DNA of 64,000 bases, taken from positions 85,934,001 to 85,998,000 of the forward strand of contig CM052816.1 of NCBI GenBank assembly GCA_028534125.1, in the 5' to 3' direction. The DNA is from Lama glama. Lineage: Eukaryota. Position numbers and translations under genes: made by a program. This document shows, in pieces, positions 12,251-24,959 of the stretch (position 1 is its first letter; the number at the start of each line of letters is the position of its first letter). Below the pieces are notes generated by a model that was not told the origin of the DNA, did not search any database, and saw only the letters and a list, made by a program, of their open reading frames with translations.

Positions 12251-12447
12251 TTTTTTTAATTGAAGTACAGTTGGTTTACAATGTTGTGTTAATTTCTGAT
12301 GTACAGCATAGTGATTCAGTTTTATATATATATATATATATGTGTATGTGTGTATATATATACACACACACATATATATATATATTTCTTCTGATATTCT
12401 TTTTCATTATAGGCTATTAGAATGTATTGAATATAGTCCCCTGTGCT
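12251..12447 (-). mobile_element. Artiodactyl-type L1 3' end with internal (TA)n/(TG)n/(CA)n expansion at 12324-12384
   Basis: TTTTTTTAATTGAAGTACAGTTGGTTTACAATGTTGTGTTAATTTCTGATGTACAGCATAGTGATTCAG...ATTGAATATAGTCCCCTGTGCT. Confidence 0.88.
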
Positions 12448-13861
12448 CATTTTAAAAAGAGTGCATATCCCCTTTAAGTAAACTGCTCTTTTATAAGACA
12501 AAAATTTAGCTCACACTAACATAATGCAATTTTACCAAAAATACGTTGCATGAAACATTCCCTGTCACGAATCTGAATCAGTTGCTAACACTGTTTGAAA
12601 TCCCTGGAACAGTATTTCCTGAGCCACAATGCTTTGCCTCAGTGTACATGCTCACAGGGTAATACCATTTACAAAATTCTAATCACTTTTACGTCTTTCC
12701 ATCTCATAAATGCTGGAATTTATAATGTAAAAATATTGTAAGCTATTTTACATGGGAATCAGAGAGTAAAATATGTCCTTCCAAGAAATCAGTAGTAATC
12801 TTTTATAAGCATAATTGCCATACTTCAAAGCTGCACAAATTTATTTCAAGATGGAAAACTACTAACTACATTTTGAATGGCATACAAATATCAGTTTTGA
12901 AGAAGAGAAAGCATTTAAATATTATAGGAATTTAAACAAATAAAATCATCCTTTTGATGATTCTCTTTATAAAGCCAGTAATTCATAAAGAATAACAAAA
13001 CTTTACAGTAAAATATTTCATTTACTTTTTAAAATTTTAATATTTCATGTATCAAATGTTAAACATAAGATTTAAATATTTTTTCTTTTAAAATATTCAT
13101 AGAAATAATGTCTGCTTTTAGTATACCTATCAGTATAGTTCCTAATCCCAAATTCAGTTAAGTATTCCACCATAAGGAATCTGTGTATCTATACATGTCT
13201 ATCTAACCTTATATCTATATATCTATATGATTTAAACATTTCAAAATGAAACAATTATTAAATATTGATATTCAAATAAAAGTAATATTTTGGATATGAA
13301 TATGATACCAGTATAGGTTTTAAAACCATGACATATATTGAAATATTTTATGTGGAGAAATTTATTTGGCTCTATCATTAGGATTTATTGATTTGGATAT
13401 ATAATGAGCTTGCAGGATGCATGGATATTTTAACCAAAATTCTTCAATTATTACTTTTAATTAAGGCTATCTTAGGTAAGAAGTAGAACACAGTATAGAA
13501 AAATACCAAATGTTAATTTAAGAGTGTAAATAAGAGGAAATATCAGTTTTGTGTAATCACTAGAATGTACAGAAATCTCAGTTTTAACAATTTTGTCCAA
13601 ATATTTGTATCTAAGTCCTTATATATAAAATTATTATACTCAAATTAGCCTTCTAACTGTTAGAAAATCAATTTAACCAAGTCAAACTTACAAAGATTAA
13701 TCTGTAACTAAAATTAAGCTTTATTTAACTCACTAAGTTTTGTAAGTTTAACTTTATAATCATTTTCATTTAATTTTAAAGTAAATGTTTCTTTGTTTGT
13801 CTATATCTGATTACTCTGTGTAGTACTTTTCTACTAAAATACAAATGAGAGATTCTCAAAT

Positions 13862-13898
13862 TGTGTGTGTGTGTGTGTGTGTGTATAATTTTTTTTTT
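13862..13898. repeat. (TG)11 microsatellite followed by a T run
   Basis: Directly visible. Confidence 0.95.
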
Positions 13899-14412
13899 TG
13901 GAAGGGAGCTGCCCACAGTGACAAAGTATGAATGAAATTTTTTAGGAAAATTAAGAATTAGATAAGTGATTGGAGTACAGGTAAGAGGTAAAATCAGTTA
14001 AGGAAGACTGGACAATTTATGGAAAAATAAGACAAAAGTCTCAACACTGATTGGGTAGAGACTTATTCTTATTGTAGTATAGTTAAAATTTAAACTCTGT
14101 ATTTAAATCAGAAATGAAAGAAATTGAGAAAATCATCTGAAGTCCATGTTGAATATTTTCACAGGCACAGTCCTACATAATCCTGATACATCTCAAATAA
14201 TCATAATTACATCTGTAATGACAGATGTCTTATGCAGAATTATAGGTATGGGTTTCTGTACAAAGTGTTGATTTGAATCGATTGCAAAAATTTCACAAAG
14301 GTTTTGAGACAGCTGTAGTTTCTATAGACTGAGTCACCTGGTATAAAGCGATAATGACTTTTAAATGTTTACTTGTGGGACCCAAATTTCAGTATTCATG
14401 AAGCTGACTTAC

Positions 14413-14451
14413 CAAGCAGAACATTCTCTTCATTTCCCTCGTCAGCAGTGG
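14413..14451 (-). other. Candidate 39-nt exon (unverified)
   Basis: Minus strand reads CCCTTCTTTTCAATTATCCTCCTTAG | 39 nt | GTAAGT. Length is a multiple of 3 and two frames are open. No protein recognised. Confidence 0.3.
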
Positions 14452-14539
14452 CTAAGGAGGATAATTGAAAAGAAGGGACACTCCTTTTCAGCCATCAACA
14501 TGTGGACCAAAGAGTATGAAGAACATTCAACCACAGTGC

Positions 14540-15060
14540 CATTCCACTCTTAAAGTTTTCTTTTCCATTTATTTCTAAGACCCTGCATACTATCTCCTGA
14601 TTTTCTTTTTGGAAGACCACTTTTCAGTATTCTTCACATGTACCTGTTTCTTGCCTGACTCTCAAGTTTCTAGGTTCCCCAAACATTACCTTTTCTCACT
14701 TTTTAGACTTTCCCTGACTTATCTCAGGCACTTTGTTTTCACTTACCAAATACATGAAGTTGAATCTCAAAAATAGCTTACACCTAAACTACTTCCAAAT
14801 GTACATATTCACTTGAATTTCTAAAAAGAATGTCAACAGTTACAAAACTGTGTTTAATATCCCTCCTTCCCCCTTCACTCTTACACAACACACACACATG
14901 CACACCACATACACTGATACCCAGAAACTCATGCAAGTAGTATATACACAGTCACTTACACTAAAACATGTAAGTTTCACTAAAACATGCCTCTTCACAT
15001 ACTGTATATTTTATTTAATGGCAAATAGTGAACACTCAGCTACACCTTCAGATCAGACTT
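14540..15060 (+). mobile_element. L2 fragment (degenerate)
   Basis: Pyrimidine-rich L2-like body (TTCCCTGACTTATCTC...TGAATCTCAAA...ATATTCACTTGAATTTCTA). Confidence 0.45.
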
Positions 15061-16739
15061 GTTTTAGCAATTAATAGGTTGTTAATTTTAGTGGAAATTG
15101 TAACAGAACAAATGGAATCTTAATGGCACTAGATACAGAAATGCATAGAATTAGAAAAATCTGACTGATTAAACACAAAAATTTCTCCAACAAGTTTGAT
15201 AGATTGAGGAATTGAGGACTATGTTTGAAGTATTGTATTCATTATTTTAAAATCAGAAACAGTTAATCATAATATTAAAATCCAATATCAAAATAAGGAT
15301 TAGCATGAATAAAATGAAGTTTCTGAGCACAGAGAGGGAAATATTTATCCATAAGAGTATTTCTTGAAAGAAGTTTTCTGATACTTTTGCATCGGAGTAA
15401 AGGATGTATATTTATGCTTATATAATGCAAAAATGAATAATATATAAAACATTTATAAAAAGTCTTGGCTATAAATTATGGTGATGTCTATTAACCACGT
15501 AACAATTTATTTAACTAAAAATGTTTATTTAATAGATTGAAACATTTAGTTTTTCAGAATTATGTCTTTTATTGACATAAGAGAATTATTCAAATAAAAA
15601 TTTTAAAATAAGTAGATAAATTAATTGAATAATTTGGTCTCTCTACAATACTGCAGGTATATTGCCTTTAAAAAGATTTTGTTGTCTTCTAATATTCTTG
15701 TTATGATTGATCATGATTTTTGCCTTGCCAGTCAAACATGGTAAAAAGTGATTAACTATAAGGTTTGACATTCATATAGACACTTCAGAACACACTGATT
15801 TCTCCAGAAAGATATATGTATTGCATTTAAAAGAAACTCACGTCATGGGCTCTTGTGAAAAAAAAAAAGAACAACATAATGGGTCATAAATGATCATTTC
15901 ATAGAAATGATAAAGTATTTTGAACACAAACACTTTGAACCAAAATTCAATTAATTGCCCTTATTTAATTGTATGAGTTTACATTGTTGCTATATTGATA
16001 GCAATCAGAAAACCTAACAGACTGAATGGTCTGAATTCATGAAACATCTTCCTTAAAAACCATTTTTCTATAGACTTGGAAAAAAGTCTACAAAAATTTA
16101 TTCATAGTCAATTCAAGTTTAAACATTCACAGGAGTTTCACAACACTAGTCTTGTACTGCTCTTAAAATTTGTTCAAGTGACAGTTTTGACATTTATTAT
16201 GAAAGTGGAAAAGCCTTACCAATTCTCCTTAAGATGGGAGGATCACCCTTGGAGATGAGACAGATTGATGTCTCTGGACAAGAAAAAACATTTGTCACCA
16301 ATACAAGTTCAAGGTTTGCCGACATGTGGGAAATGTGTGAAATATGTAAATTAATTCTGAATTGGAACCCCAAGAGTACACAAAACATATGAGTATTTTA
16401 TTGGAAAATAGCAAGGCACAGTTTAAGAGCCATTTATGTTTGTTGAAAATCTGGTTTTAAAATGTACCCCTCAGCTACCTATAGAGTAATTTATTGGAGT
16501 TGAAATAATCTCCAATTGATTAAACTTTTCAAGTTTATTATCAAGGTAACATCAGAGATTTTTCTTTCTATCTGTAGTGACAGGTGATAATATATCCTTA
16601 TAAATTTTACTTAGTACTTAAAAATATGAGTTAAAGAAAAAAGATTTTTAAAAAGTTTTCTATCATTTCAGACTGAACAATAGCCATTCTTGCTATGCGC
16701 AGTCTTTTCAATATAATAATAATACACAGAGTAAAGCAT

Positions 16740-17050
16740 AAGGATGCCTACTAGTCATTGCATGCTTATTATGTGTATGTATTATTTCCAAAAAGCCTTT
16801 AAGAACATTAATATTATTAAAATTATTCTCATTTTATAGTAAAATAACTAACGGACCCTTATATGGTAGATTATATATCCTGACAGACTCTGGAAGGATG
16901 GAGATTGTGTTGTGAGTGCTGAACCCACTGCCACAGTTGTAAATAAGAAGTATATTTCCCCTAGTCTTAGGGATAGTAAATGACAAAGCTAGATTCAAAA
17001 CTAGGTGTTTCTAATTCCAAATACACAAATTATAACACTGTAATGCCTCC
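16740..17050 (-). mobile_element. MIR SINE (interrupted)
   Basis: ATTATTCTCATTTTATAG core-like segment and AGCTAGATTCAAAACTAGGTGTTTCTAATTCCAAA, both antisense MIR-like. Confidence 0.5.
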
Positions 17051-17774
17051 CACATAATTGGCAATATCATATATGCCTTGGACCTACTTTGAATTATGAT
17101 AACCTAGATCTTGTCTTATTTGGACAGTAATTGGAATGAGATATCATCAATAGTTCTGGATTAATAGTCCTCTAGAAGACAATATACCTAGAGTATTACA
17201 GGCAGATAAGTTTATATAATTAATGGTATCCAATTATTTTAAACTTTTATTTGAATTTTTTTCTGTATTTGAGGAATTTGAACAATAAAAAAATCCCTCT
17301 CATTAATCTATAATTTACAAGAAGGTTTTTGACACTTCATAAGTACAGTGCCATTCAAAGAGAATTATATTTGAGAAATTAAATTCAAGGTTTAACCAAG
17401 ATTGGTGTCTGCCACTCATGACAGGGTTAAATATTTTTTCTTTGCAAAAACAGGGCTCCTTGGAGTCCTTCATTCAATTTAAAGTGTTTAATCAAATGAG
17501 AAAATGTAAGTTGTTAATCAAATGGGAAAATTCGAAGAAGGTTTTCCCACTGAGGATGTACCCATGGTCATATTGACAGAGTTAATGAGATTTGGATACC
17601 TGGGTATAAAACTTCTTATTAAGGGGGAAAAATGTGTCACACCTCTGAAGGATTTTGGTATACATTTGACAAAACTGATGGCTGTAATAGATAAAAAACC
17701 TAATTTTTCCATTTTACAGTATCGTTTATTCTGAGGAGTTTGTAAAAAATGAGCACATTCACATGTGCATGTGT

Positions 17775-17795
17775 ACACACACACACACACACACA
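17775..17795. repeat. (AC)10 microsatellite
   Basis: Directly visible. Confidence 0.95.
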
Positions 17796-20329
17796 TCTTC
17801 CCAGGGGAACACTTTTATGTTTTGAGTAGTATTACTGAGATCCAAACTGTAATAACAAGCATTATGTAAGGCACGCTGAAAATTAAGTAAATTACTCAAG
17901 GTCACAGATAAGTTTCTTTGCTTTCTTTATACATTATCTGTTGTATGTGTTAGATAAATACTTTTTACTTGGACTTCACATTTTTATTTAGATATTTTTC
18001 TCTTTTTTGAATATGAAAATGTTTATTACATTTAAATATATAAAAATAATATAACAATGAAAATATAACCTGACAAAGTAATATTTGTCTGTTTTTAATG
18101 TTCAATACCAATAACTGCCTATGATTTGAAAGGTTAAAAATTTGTAACATATAGCCACTAATATGAAAGATAATAAAATCATGTAAAATAGTAAGATGTG
18201 CAATTTGGACAAATTCATTTTACAAGCTAAACAAATGGATGCTTTTATAGTGAAGCATAAATTTACAAAGTTGATTTCAGGAGCTGTTTTGATTTTATTT
18301 AAAATGTTCCATAACATGGAAAATATAAAAAAACTTACCCAACCATCTTACAAAGCTATCATAACTCAATACAAAGAACACTACAAATAAATTTTATTTT
18401 GAAGAAATGCCAAAATATAAATAAAACATTAGAAAATTAAACCATGCAGTAGTACTTAAATCAAAATGAATCAGGACAAACAGGGTTTATTCCAGGAAAG
18501 TAGGGTAATCTATCATTAGAAAAACCTATCAGCACTATTTATTATTTTTTTCTGTGTCTTAGAGATATTATGTCTTGTTCAATAAAAACTTTGAGAGTTC
18601 TAAAAGTGAATGAGATATGATTTCAGTTTAGGTAAGAAGTGAAAAAATCTAAATGTGCATTAATGTAGAGAAAATTAACTAGGCTTTATTTGTAAAAGAT
18701 TAAAGCATTTGGAAATGTAAACTCAGGACAAAAAAGTTAAAAAAGTTATATGCTTTGTTAAAATGGAAATGATGGCAGTTTTACATCTGACACCTCAAAC
18801 TATTTTCTGTGAGTTATCAGGTTTTTTAAAACTTAAATATAAGCTCACAGAGGTTGATCTTCAACATTATTTCTGAATTTAAAAAATTACATACTATTTC
18901 AGAGCAGATGATTTCATGCTGTTACAAGAAATTTTCTTCTGCAGTAACAATTTTCTATTAACCAATTTTATTACTACATCATGAATACTCAACAGAAAGT
19001 TATGAGTGTAAATTAAAAAAAAAAAACAGTTGCGTGGATTCATGTCTGATTTACTGATGAAAGAGCCTTAATTGTAACCCTCAGCAAAAAGTTGTAAGCT
19101 TGGGTGTTTCATAGCCAGTGTTCTTTCATCTCTATCTCTGGAGAACTGAAGATGAGTTTTTGCATTGAGTTCACTCTGTAGAGTTGTAATCATACCCCTG
19201 AAGAGTTGTGAGCTCAGTATGTTTTCTTACCCCTGTTCTCAGAGCTCCATTTCCCTCTGCATTGATTCTGTGCCTCCCGCAAGTCAAAGTTTCTTTACTT
19301 TTTTGTGCAGTTTTGATATTCCCCAAGGCAACCTCCAGACCGCCTGTGCTGTTTGCCTGGTCCTCCCAAGTTACTTCCCAAGATGCCAATTACTGTTTTT
19401 GTTAGTATTCTGTTTACATAGCTGCATCGTTTTGGTCAGTGCCATTTTCCTTATAAGCCCTGTGATTGTTAGTGGTGATTTTACAGAATGCAAGGTCTTT
19501 AAGGAACATGTGCATTATATTCAAGCAGATATGCCTGTACTAAAGACATTGCTGGAACACTTTGTTCCAGAAAGCAAAATGCTTTCAAAAACAGAAGTAT
19601 CTAAATGTTAAAGGAGCTAATATTAATAGGAAGCCTATTGACTAGGCAGTGGTAATGGACAGCAAGATAGAATAAAAATTAGAATTAGTTGAAATATATA
19701 GACATGATAAAATCTCATTATCCCGTTAAGTGTTTTTAAATAGAAAAAATATATATAAAATGTGTGGAAAAATAATTCAAGTGATGTTATTATTAGTATT
19801 AGACATGTTTATAAACATGTTTTAATTTTTAAAATAATTATATGGAGACATTATTGGTTTATATATAGCTCTGATTATTCCATAATATTAAGCATTTGTC
19901 TGTATAAAAGCTATGCTTTGCTGATTTTTTCCACTAAAAAATAGAGAAGGGTAAATAAAGGGAAATGTGAATAAGCCAAACTATTCCAGTAAATTAGGAG
20001 ATGCACTAGAAACAGAAAGAAAAAAAGAGGCTTATTTTATAGAGTAATAAGGTAGAAAGCAGAACCCAAATCTGATGGAAGTAACAATCTTTCTGCAAGA
20101 AAAGCCTCTTGGATAGGAAAATTATCTAATAGCCCTTACCACAATTTCCAGTTGTGTTTATTTACTTATATTACTGCTTTTTCTTTTCTTCCCAGTGTTA
20201 AATTTTTTCAGTTTACTGTTGGGTATTTCTGACCTACAGTAGACACATCGATAAATATTTTTCAATAAAGAAAGGAGAGAAACCAAGCAATTATTGAACT
20301 TTATCCCATACTTTCTTAGCTTTGCATAA

Positions 20330-21120
20330 AATGTCTATAGATTTAAATTTAAATAAAAATCTCAGTAAAACAAGTTGAAAAATAAACAAACACATTGATG
20401 AACCAGAATTTAAAATGCAGAGATAGACATATTCATGTATGGGGATATGATTCATGAAGAATTTCCCATTCCAAGTAATTAAATGTCTTTAATATAATTA
20501 TTTATCCATGTGGAAAGATGAAGTTTGGTCCTGACCTCAAATGACCTCAAATGTCTTTCAAATGGATTAAAGCTAAAATCAAAAAATGGAAAAAAAAACC
20601 TTCAAAAATACAATTGAGCATATGGAAGAATATATTTACAGTGTCTGGTGTTTAAAAATTCTTTAAACAATGCAAAGATTTGAATGTGAAAACAAAAATT
20701 GACAGATTGTACTGTATGAATTTGTCTGTGTATGCCTGTGTATATTTGAAGACAACATAGAGTATGTACAAATACAAGATTGAGAGAAAATATTGCCACA
20801 CTTATAATAAGAGATTTGTCTTCCTAAAATAGAGTTTCTACAAACTAATAAAAAAGTATGAGAATAGGATATGAACAAATAATGACAGAAAATAAAGATA
20901 ATTGGCCAGAAATATTGTTAATGTAACCAATGATTAAACATATTCAAATTAAGATATTGTCATAATTGTTTAGTTATCTTTTACAGAAAGTAAATTATTA
21001 AGACCATTCAATAATAGATACATTGTAAAGAAAACATTATTCTCATGTACTGAAAGTGAATGTAAAACAGTACAATTTTAGAAAAATACTTCTATTTATA
21101 AAAATTAAACATGCATCACT
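20330..21120 (+). mobile_element. Ancient L1ME-like ORF2 3' fragment
   Basis: Degenerate sense ORF2 landmarks: TTCAAATGGATTAAAG, GAGAGAAAATATTGCCACAC, TTCTACAAACTAATAAAAAA, GGATATGAACA, TCTCATGTACTG. Confidence 0.6.
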
Positions 21121-24100
21121 GTTCTTCTGGAGTGCCACTAAACAGATTGATTTATACCATAGACCAGAGTTAAATCTAGTAATGAATTTAACAGCAACAA
21201 TATTTGGGAGCACAACCTCATTTTTTCCCTGATACTACATCTGATAATTATCTTTGTGACACTTAATTCATTATATTTAAAATTTCCAAGTGCTGTATCA
21301 TTTCACAGACTTTTTTTTAATCTTTGGGAAGAAAAGTTAAGACTTTGAAAAATATAATTAAATTAGTATACATTTGAAGCAAGGATGAGCAAACAATAAA
21401 TGATGAAAAGTATAAAGTACTACAACTTTTTTTTTTTCAGAGAGAAGAATAAATGCAATTTAGTGACCCACTGGTTTAGAAAGTCTGAGTTATTAGTGAT
21501 GCAAAGGATCAGAAGCAAACTAAGTGTTTAGGCAACAGATTTAGAAATAAACATTCATGGAGATAACGGAAGTAAAATCCCATGAATAAAGAAACCATAA
21601 AACAAACAACAGATACTCCTTTTAGAGCAAGGAAAGGCTCTTACTTGGTGTCAGTAGTGCTATGTAAATTACAAACTCGCGGTAAATTTCTCTTTATTAA
21701 TTCAAATAGCAGAATGAAGCATGCTCTCTAATGGAGAAATAAAGCCCTCAGTGCTCAGGCATAAAGCACTCAGGGGCAAAGTGTTCTTCACTGGACAGCC
21801 TCACCCCAGAATGTGGGATGGAAATAATATCCATGCCAAATGAGGAGAAAAATTTTGTTTCAGAGTTAATGATCTTTCAACCTGTGCGCATTTGAGTCTC
21901 TCCTGAATTGATATTTTTTTTTTTGTGAGTGTGTTGGATCATTAGATAAGACTTATATCAGTTACCTTGACAGTTTATTTCCACTATTTTTCTAATTTTC
22001 CTCAGAGGTCCTAACACAACTCTAGGGAACTTCTTGACCAAACTCTCTACCAATTTATCTGATCTATTTTCCATTATGTATTGATATATTTTCACTGGCC
22101 ATGCATTTCAGGGTATTCCATTCTTTCACATTATTTAAAGGCTGAAATTAAATGGGTGGCCTGCCACTCCTACTATCTCTGTGAGAATGGCTATGAAAAA
22201 CTTGAGGCTTATATTTTAGCACAGAGAGGAATAGAAGCACAGTATTCTTAAAAGCCATATTAAAAATGTATTTTTCTATGAATTTACAGGTAACTCATTT
22301 CAACTTAATTATTTAAAACAAAGATAACTGATTGCTAACATGAATGTCTTTCTATAAGTATGAATTGCATCTCAAATATAAATCATATACATAACTCAAG
22401 GCAGGAAACAAATTTTCAAATTTATTTTATAAATTTCTCAGAAATCAAAGCCCTTCTGCATCTGACGTAGTAACTCATAGGATTAAATGTACAGAAACAT
22501 AAAAAAAACTCAGACACAGGAATATGGATTTTAAAACATACATATTTTAATGTATGAGTTTTAAAGAAAAAAATATCAGGAAGATATCATTGTGTTCCAC
22601 ATTATAGCGTTTTTTTTTGTCTCTTGTGTTCATTATCTACCAATTTCTTAATCTTCATGTGTCTGTTATGATTAATAAGCAAAACATACTTTGGCCATCT
22701 GTATTTTATTGGATGTTTTACTGCTTAATAATTTGTCCTATCAAAGTTTAGTAAACAATTACTGTATGCAAGTTTTTATGTTAGGCACCAAAATTATTAA
22801 ACATATAATGAAGAGACACCAATTCAGAAAACTTGCATTATTATTTCCTTTTAACTTTGTGCCATTTTTATAACTAAAGATGTCCTTCTATATGCTATAT
22901 GGATAGAGATTCCAAGAAGATGATGAATGTGAGAGGGAAGAGGGCTTGGCAGATATTCAGCTAAGTCAATATTTTCAGAGAGAAAGGTCTGGGTAAAAAT
23001 GCCTTGCTGGTAAGTGCTGACTGGTTTAAAGTCATAAGAAGATCAAGGACTAGCACATTTAGAAAGGTGGCATAAGCCAGAGTTTAGTATGATTCATATT
23101 CCTTGATGGCTTGTAAATTCAAAAAGATCATTCCGGCTGAATTGATTACAGTAGAGTGGTATCAACAGCCCGAGGAATCTGGCCAAACACTGAACAGGAG
23201 CTACAGAGTGCTTTTGGCATTTGTTGTTATTTAGACAATATTGTCATCATAGGGGAAATTTATAGGAAGCATTCATAGAATCTAAACAACATGTCCCTGA
23301 GGTAGAAATAACATGGTTTCAGGGTACAGAAGGCTAAATGTGAATTCTTTAAAGAGGAAAGCAGGTCAGGAGTAATGTGATAGATGCAAGTGGTTTCATG
23401 GGTAACAGGATAAAAAAGCCTCTGTAAAATATGTTCTGGGCCCAAAACAAGTTAGGTTCCTTGAATTCATTCTGTGATTTATGAACTACTGCTTTTGCTA
23501 AATTTCAGAACTCTGAGTCAGAAAAGGCCAATGATTTTTAATTTATATGCTTCTTATGCTAGTATTTTAGAATGTCATGTTTCATAATACAGATAGTTTT
23601 CATGCTTTATAAAATTGTAAACAATATACTGCCTAGTGCTTTCCTCCTGTGATTCCTAATCAAGTTAATTTCATTAGCTCAGTGTATTATCTTTAAAATG
23701 AATGTAGTACTTGTAGATCAACAATTACCCTAAAGAGGATATGAGTCCTGTTACTCTTTTTTTTTTTTAATGTTCTCTCTTGCACCAGGACAGAAGGAGT
23801 TTTCAAAACTGATCTTATTGGATCACAACTATATTTAGTTGAAAGAATATAATCCTTAATATAACTATTGAGATTTGAAGGAAAAGAAATAGATAGCACC
23901 ACTTGTCTCTATTCAAGTTTTGAAACAATTGAGAAGTAAGACCAAAGAGTAAGTGGAATGGAAGATAAAATAAGGCCTTGAGTCCTGATGAAGCTCACAT
24001 TGAGGGAAGTGACATATATAACTAATTTTATTTATTCTAAGACCTGCACCATTTCACATTTTAACTTATCCAAAATTGAGGTAATGCATATACATTGTTA

Positions 24101-24639
24101 TCTTACAATTATTGTAGCCAGTTGATATTCACTGTATATTTATTAGCTTATGCTTATTTTTTTCTTCTAAACTCATTTATCAGATTTAGTCACTCATGAA
24201 GCTGTAGGGGAAATAAGTGAAGAGCAGATAAAGAAGCTACTTATGTACTTAATGCCCACAATTCTTCCTTCATTCTTTGAATGTGCTTTCTTTCATTCAG
24301 TCACTAGAATGCATGATGTATTCCATATATTATTAGAGTCACTATCAAATATTCAGCAACACAGTATGACATTGCTTTGTTCCAAATCACTCCACACTTG
24401 ACATCATTGGTTTTGGCTAAAGACAGTGACCTCCATGACAGATTATTTAACTGATGCTCTTTAGTCAGTTTGTTTACAGTTCAGCTTTAATTAGAACTAT
24501 TGACCATTTACTTCTTTAAAGAGTCTCTGGTTTTGACTTGGGTCACAAAGAACCTAATAGAGATTTGTAACCCCAGCTACAATGGAGTATCTTTGATAGA
24601 ACAAAAGTCCTACTGAGAGCATATAGGAAAGCCAAGTAA

Positions 24640-24686
24640 AAGAAGAAGGAGGAGGAGGAGAAGGAGAAGAAGAAAAATAGGAGGAA
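24640..24686. repeat. Purine triplet low-complexity tract (GAA/GGA)n
   Basis: AGAAGAAGGAGGAGGAGGAGAAGGAGAAGAAG is directly visible. Confidence 0.85.
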
Positions 24687-24959
24687 GCTTATTGAATAGT
24701 AAGTCTATTAGAAAGCTGCTGTGGCCATCAAGATTTGATGAAACAAGATTTCAGAAGTTCTAAATGGGATATTTATAACTGAATGTTCTGGGAAATACGT
24801 CATATGAGGAGTAAAGCAAACTTTTAATATTTTATTACATTATATTATTATATTAATTAAATATGTAATAATTCAAATGTTAACTTGCTATTAAGTGATT
24901 ATTAAATAAAGCAAAGTTAATATTTAAATTAATATAAAGAAAATATGAAGAATATTAAG

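Noticed and set aside
13862..13987. (TG)11-Tn tract followed by a plus-strand donor CAG|GTAAGA, resembling a TG/T-tract-regulated exon
   Set aside because: The acceptor context (GGAAG) is poor and the putative exon is AT-rich and contains stop codons.
17522..17734. 70-aa ATG-initiated ORF MGKFEEGFPTEDV...
   Set aside because: No recognisable homology, splice context, poly(A) tail or TSD. The length is within chance expectation.
19165..19611. 148-aa plus-strand ORF
   Set aside because: Non-ATG start, Cys/Ser/Leu/Phe-rich composition typical of non-coding T-rich DNA, and no known domain.
22979..23009. Plus-strand mini-exon candidate ending CTG|GTAAGT
   Set aside because: Very short pyrimidine tract and a 31-nt length; most likely chance.
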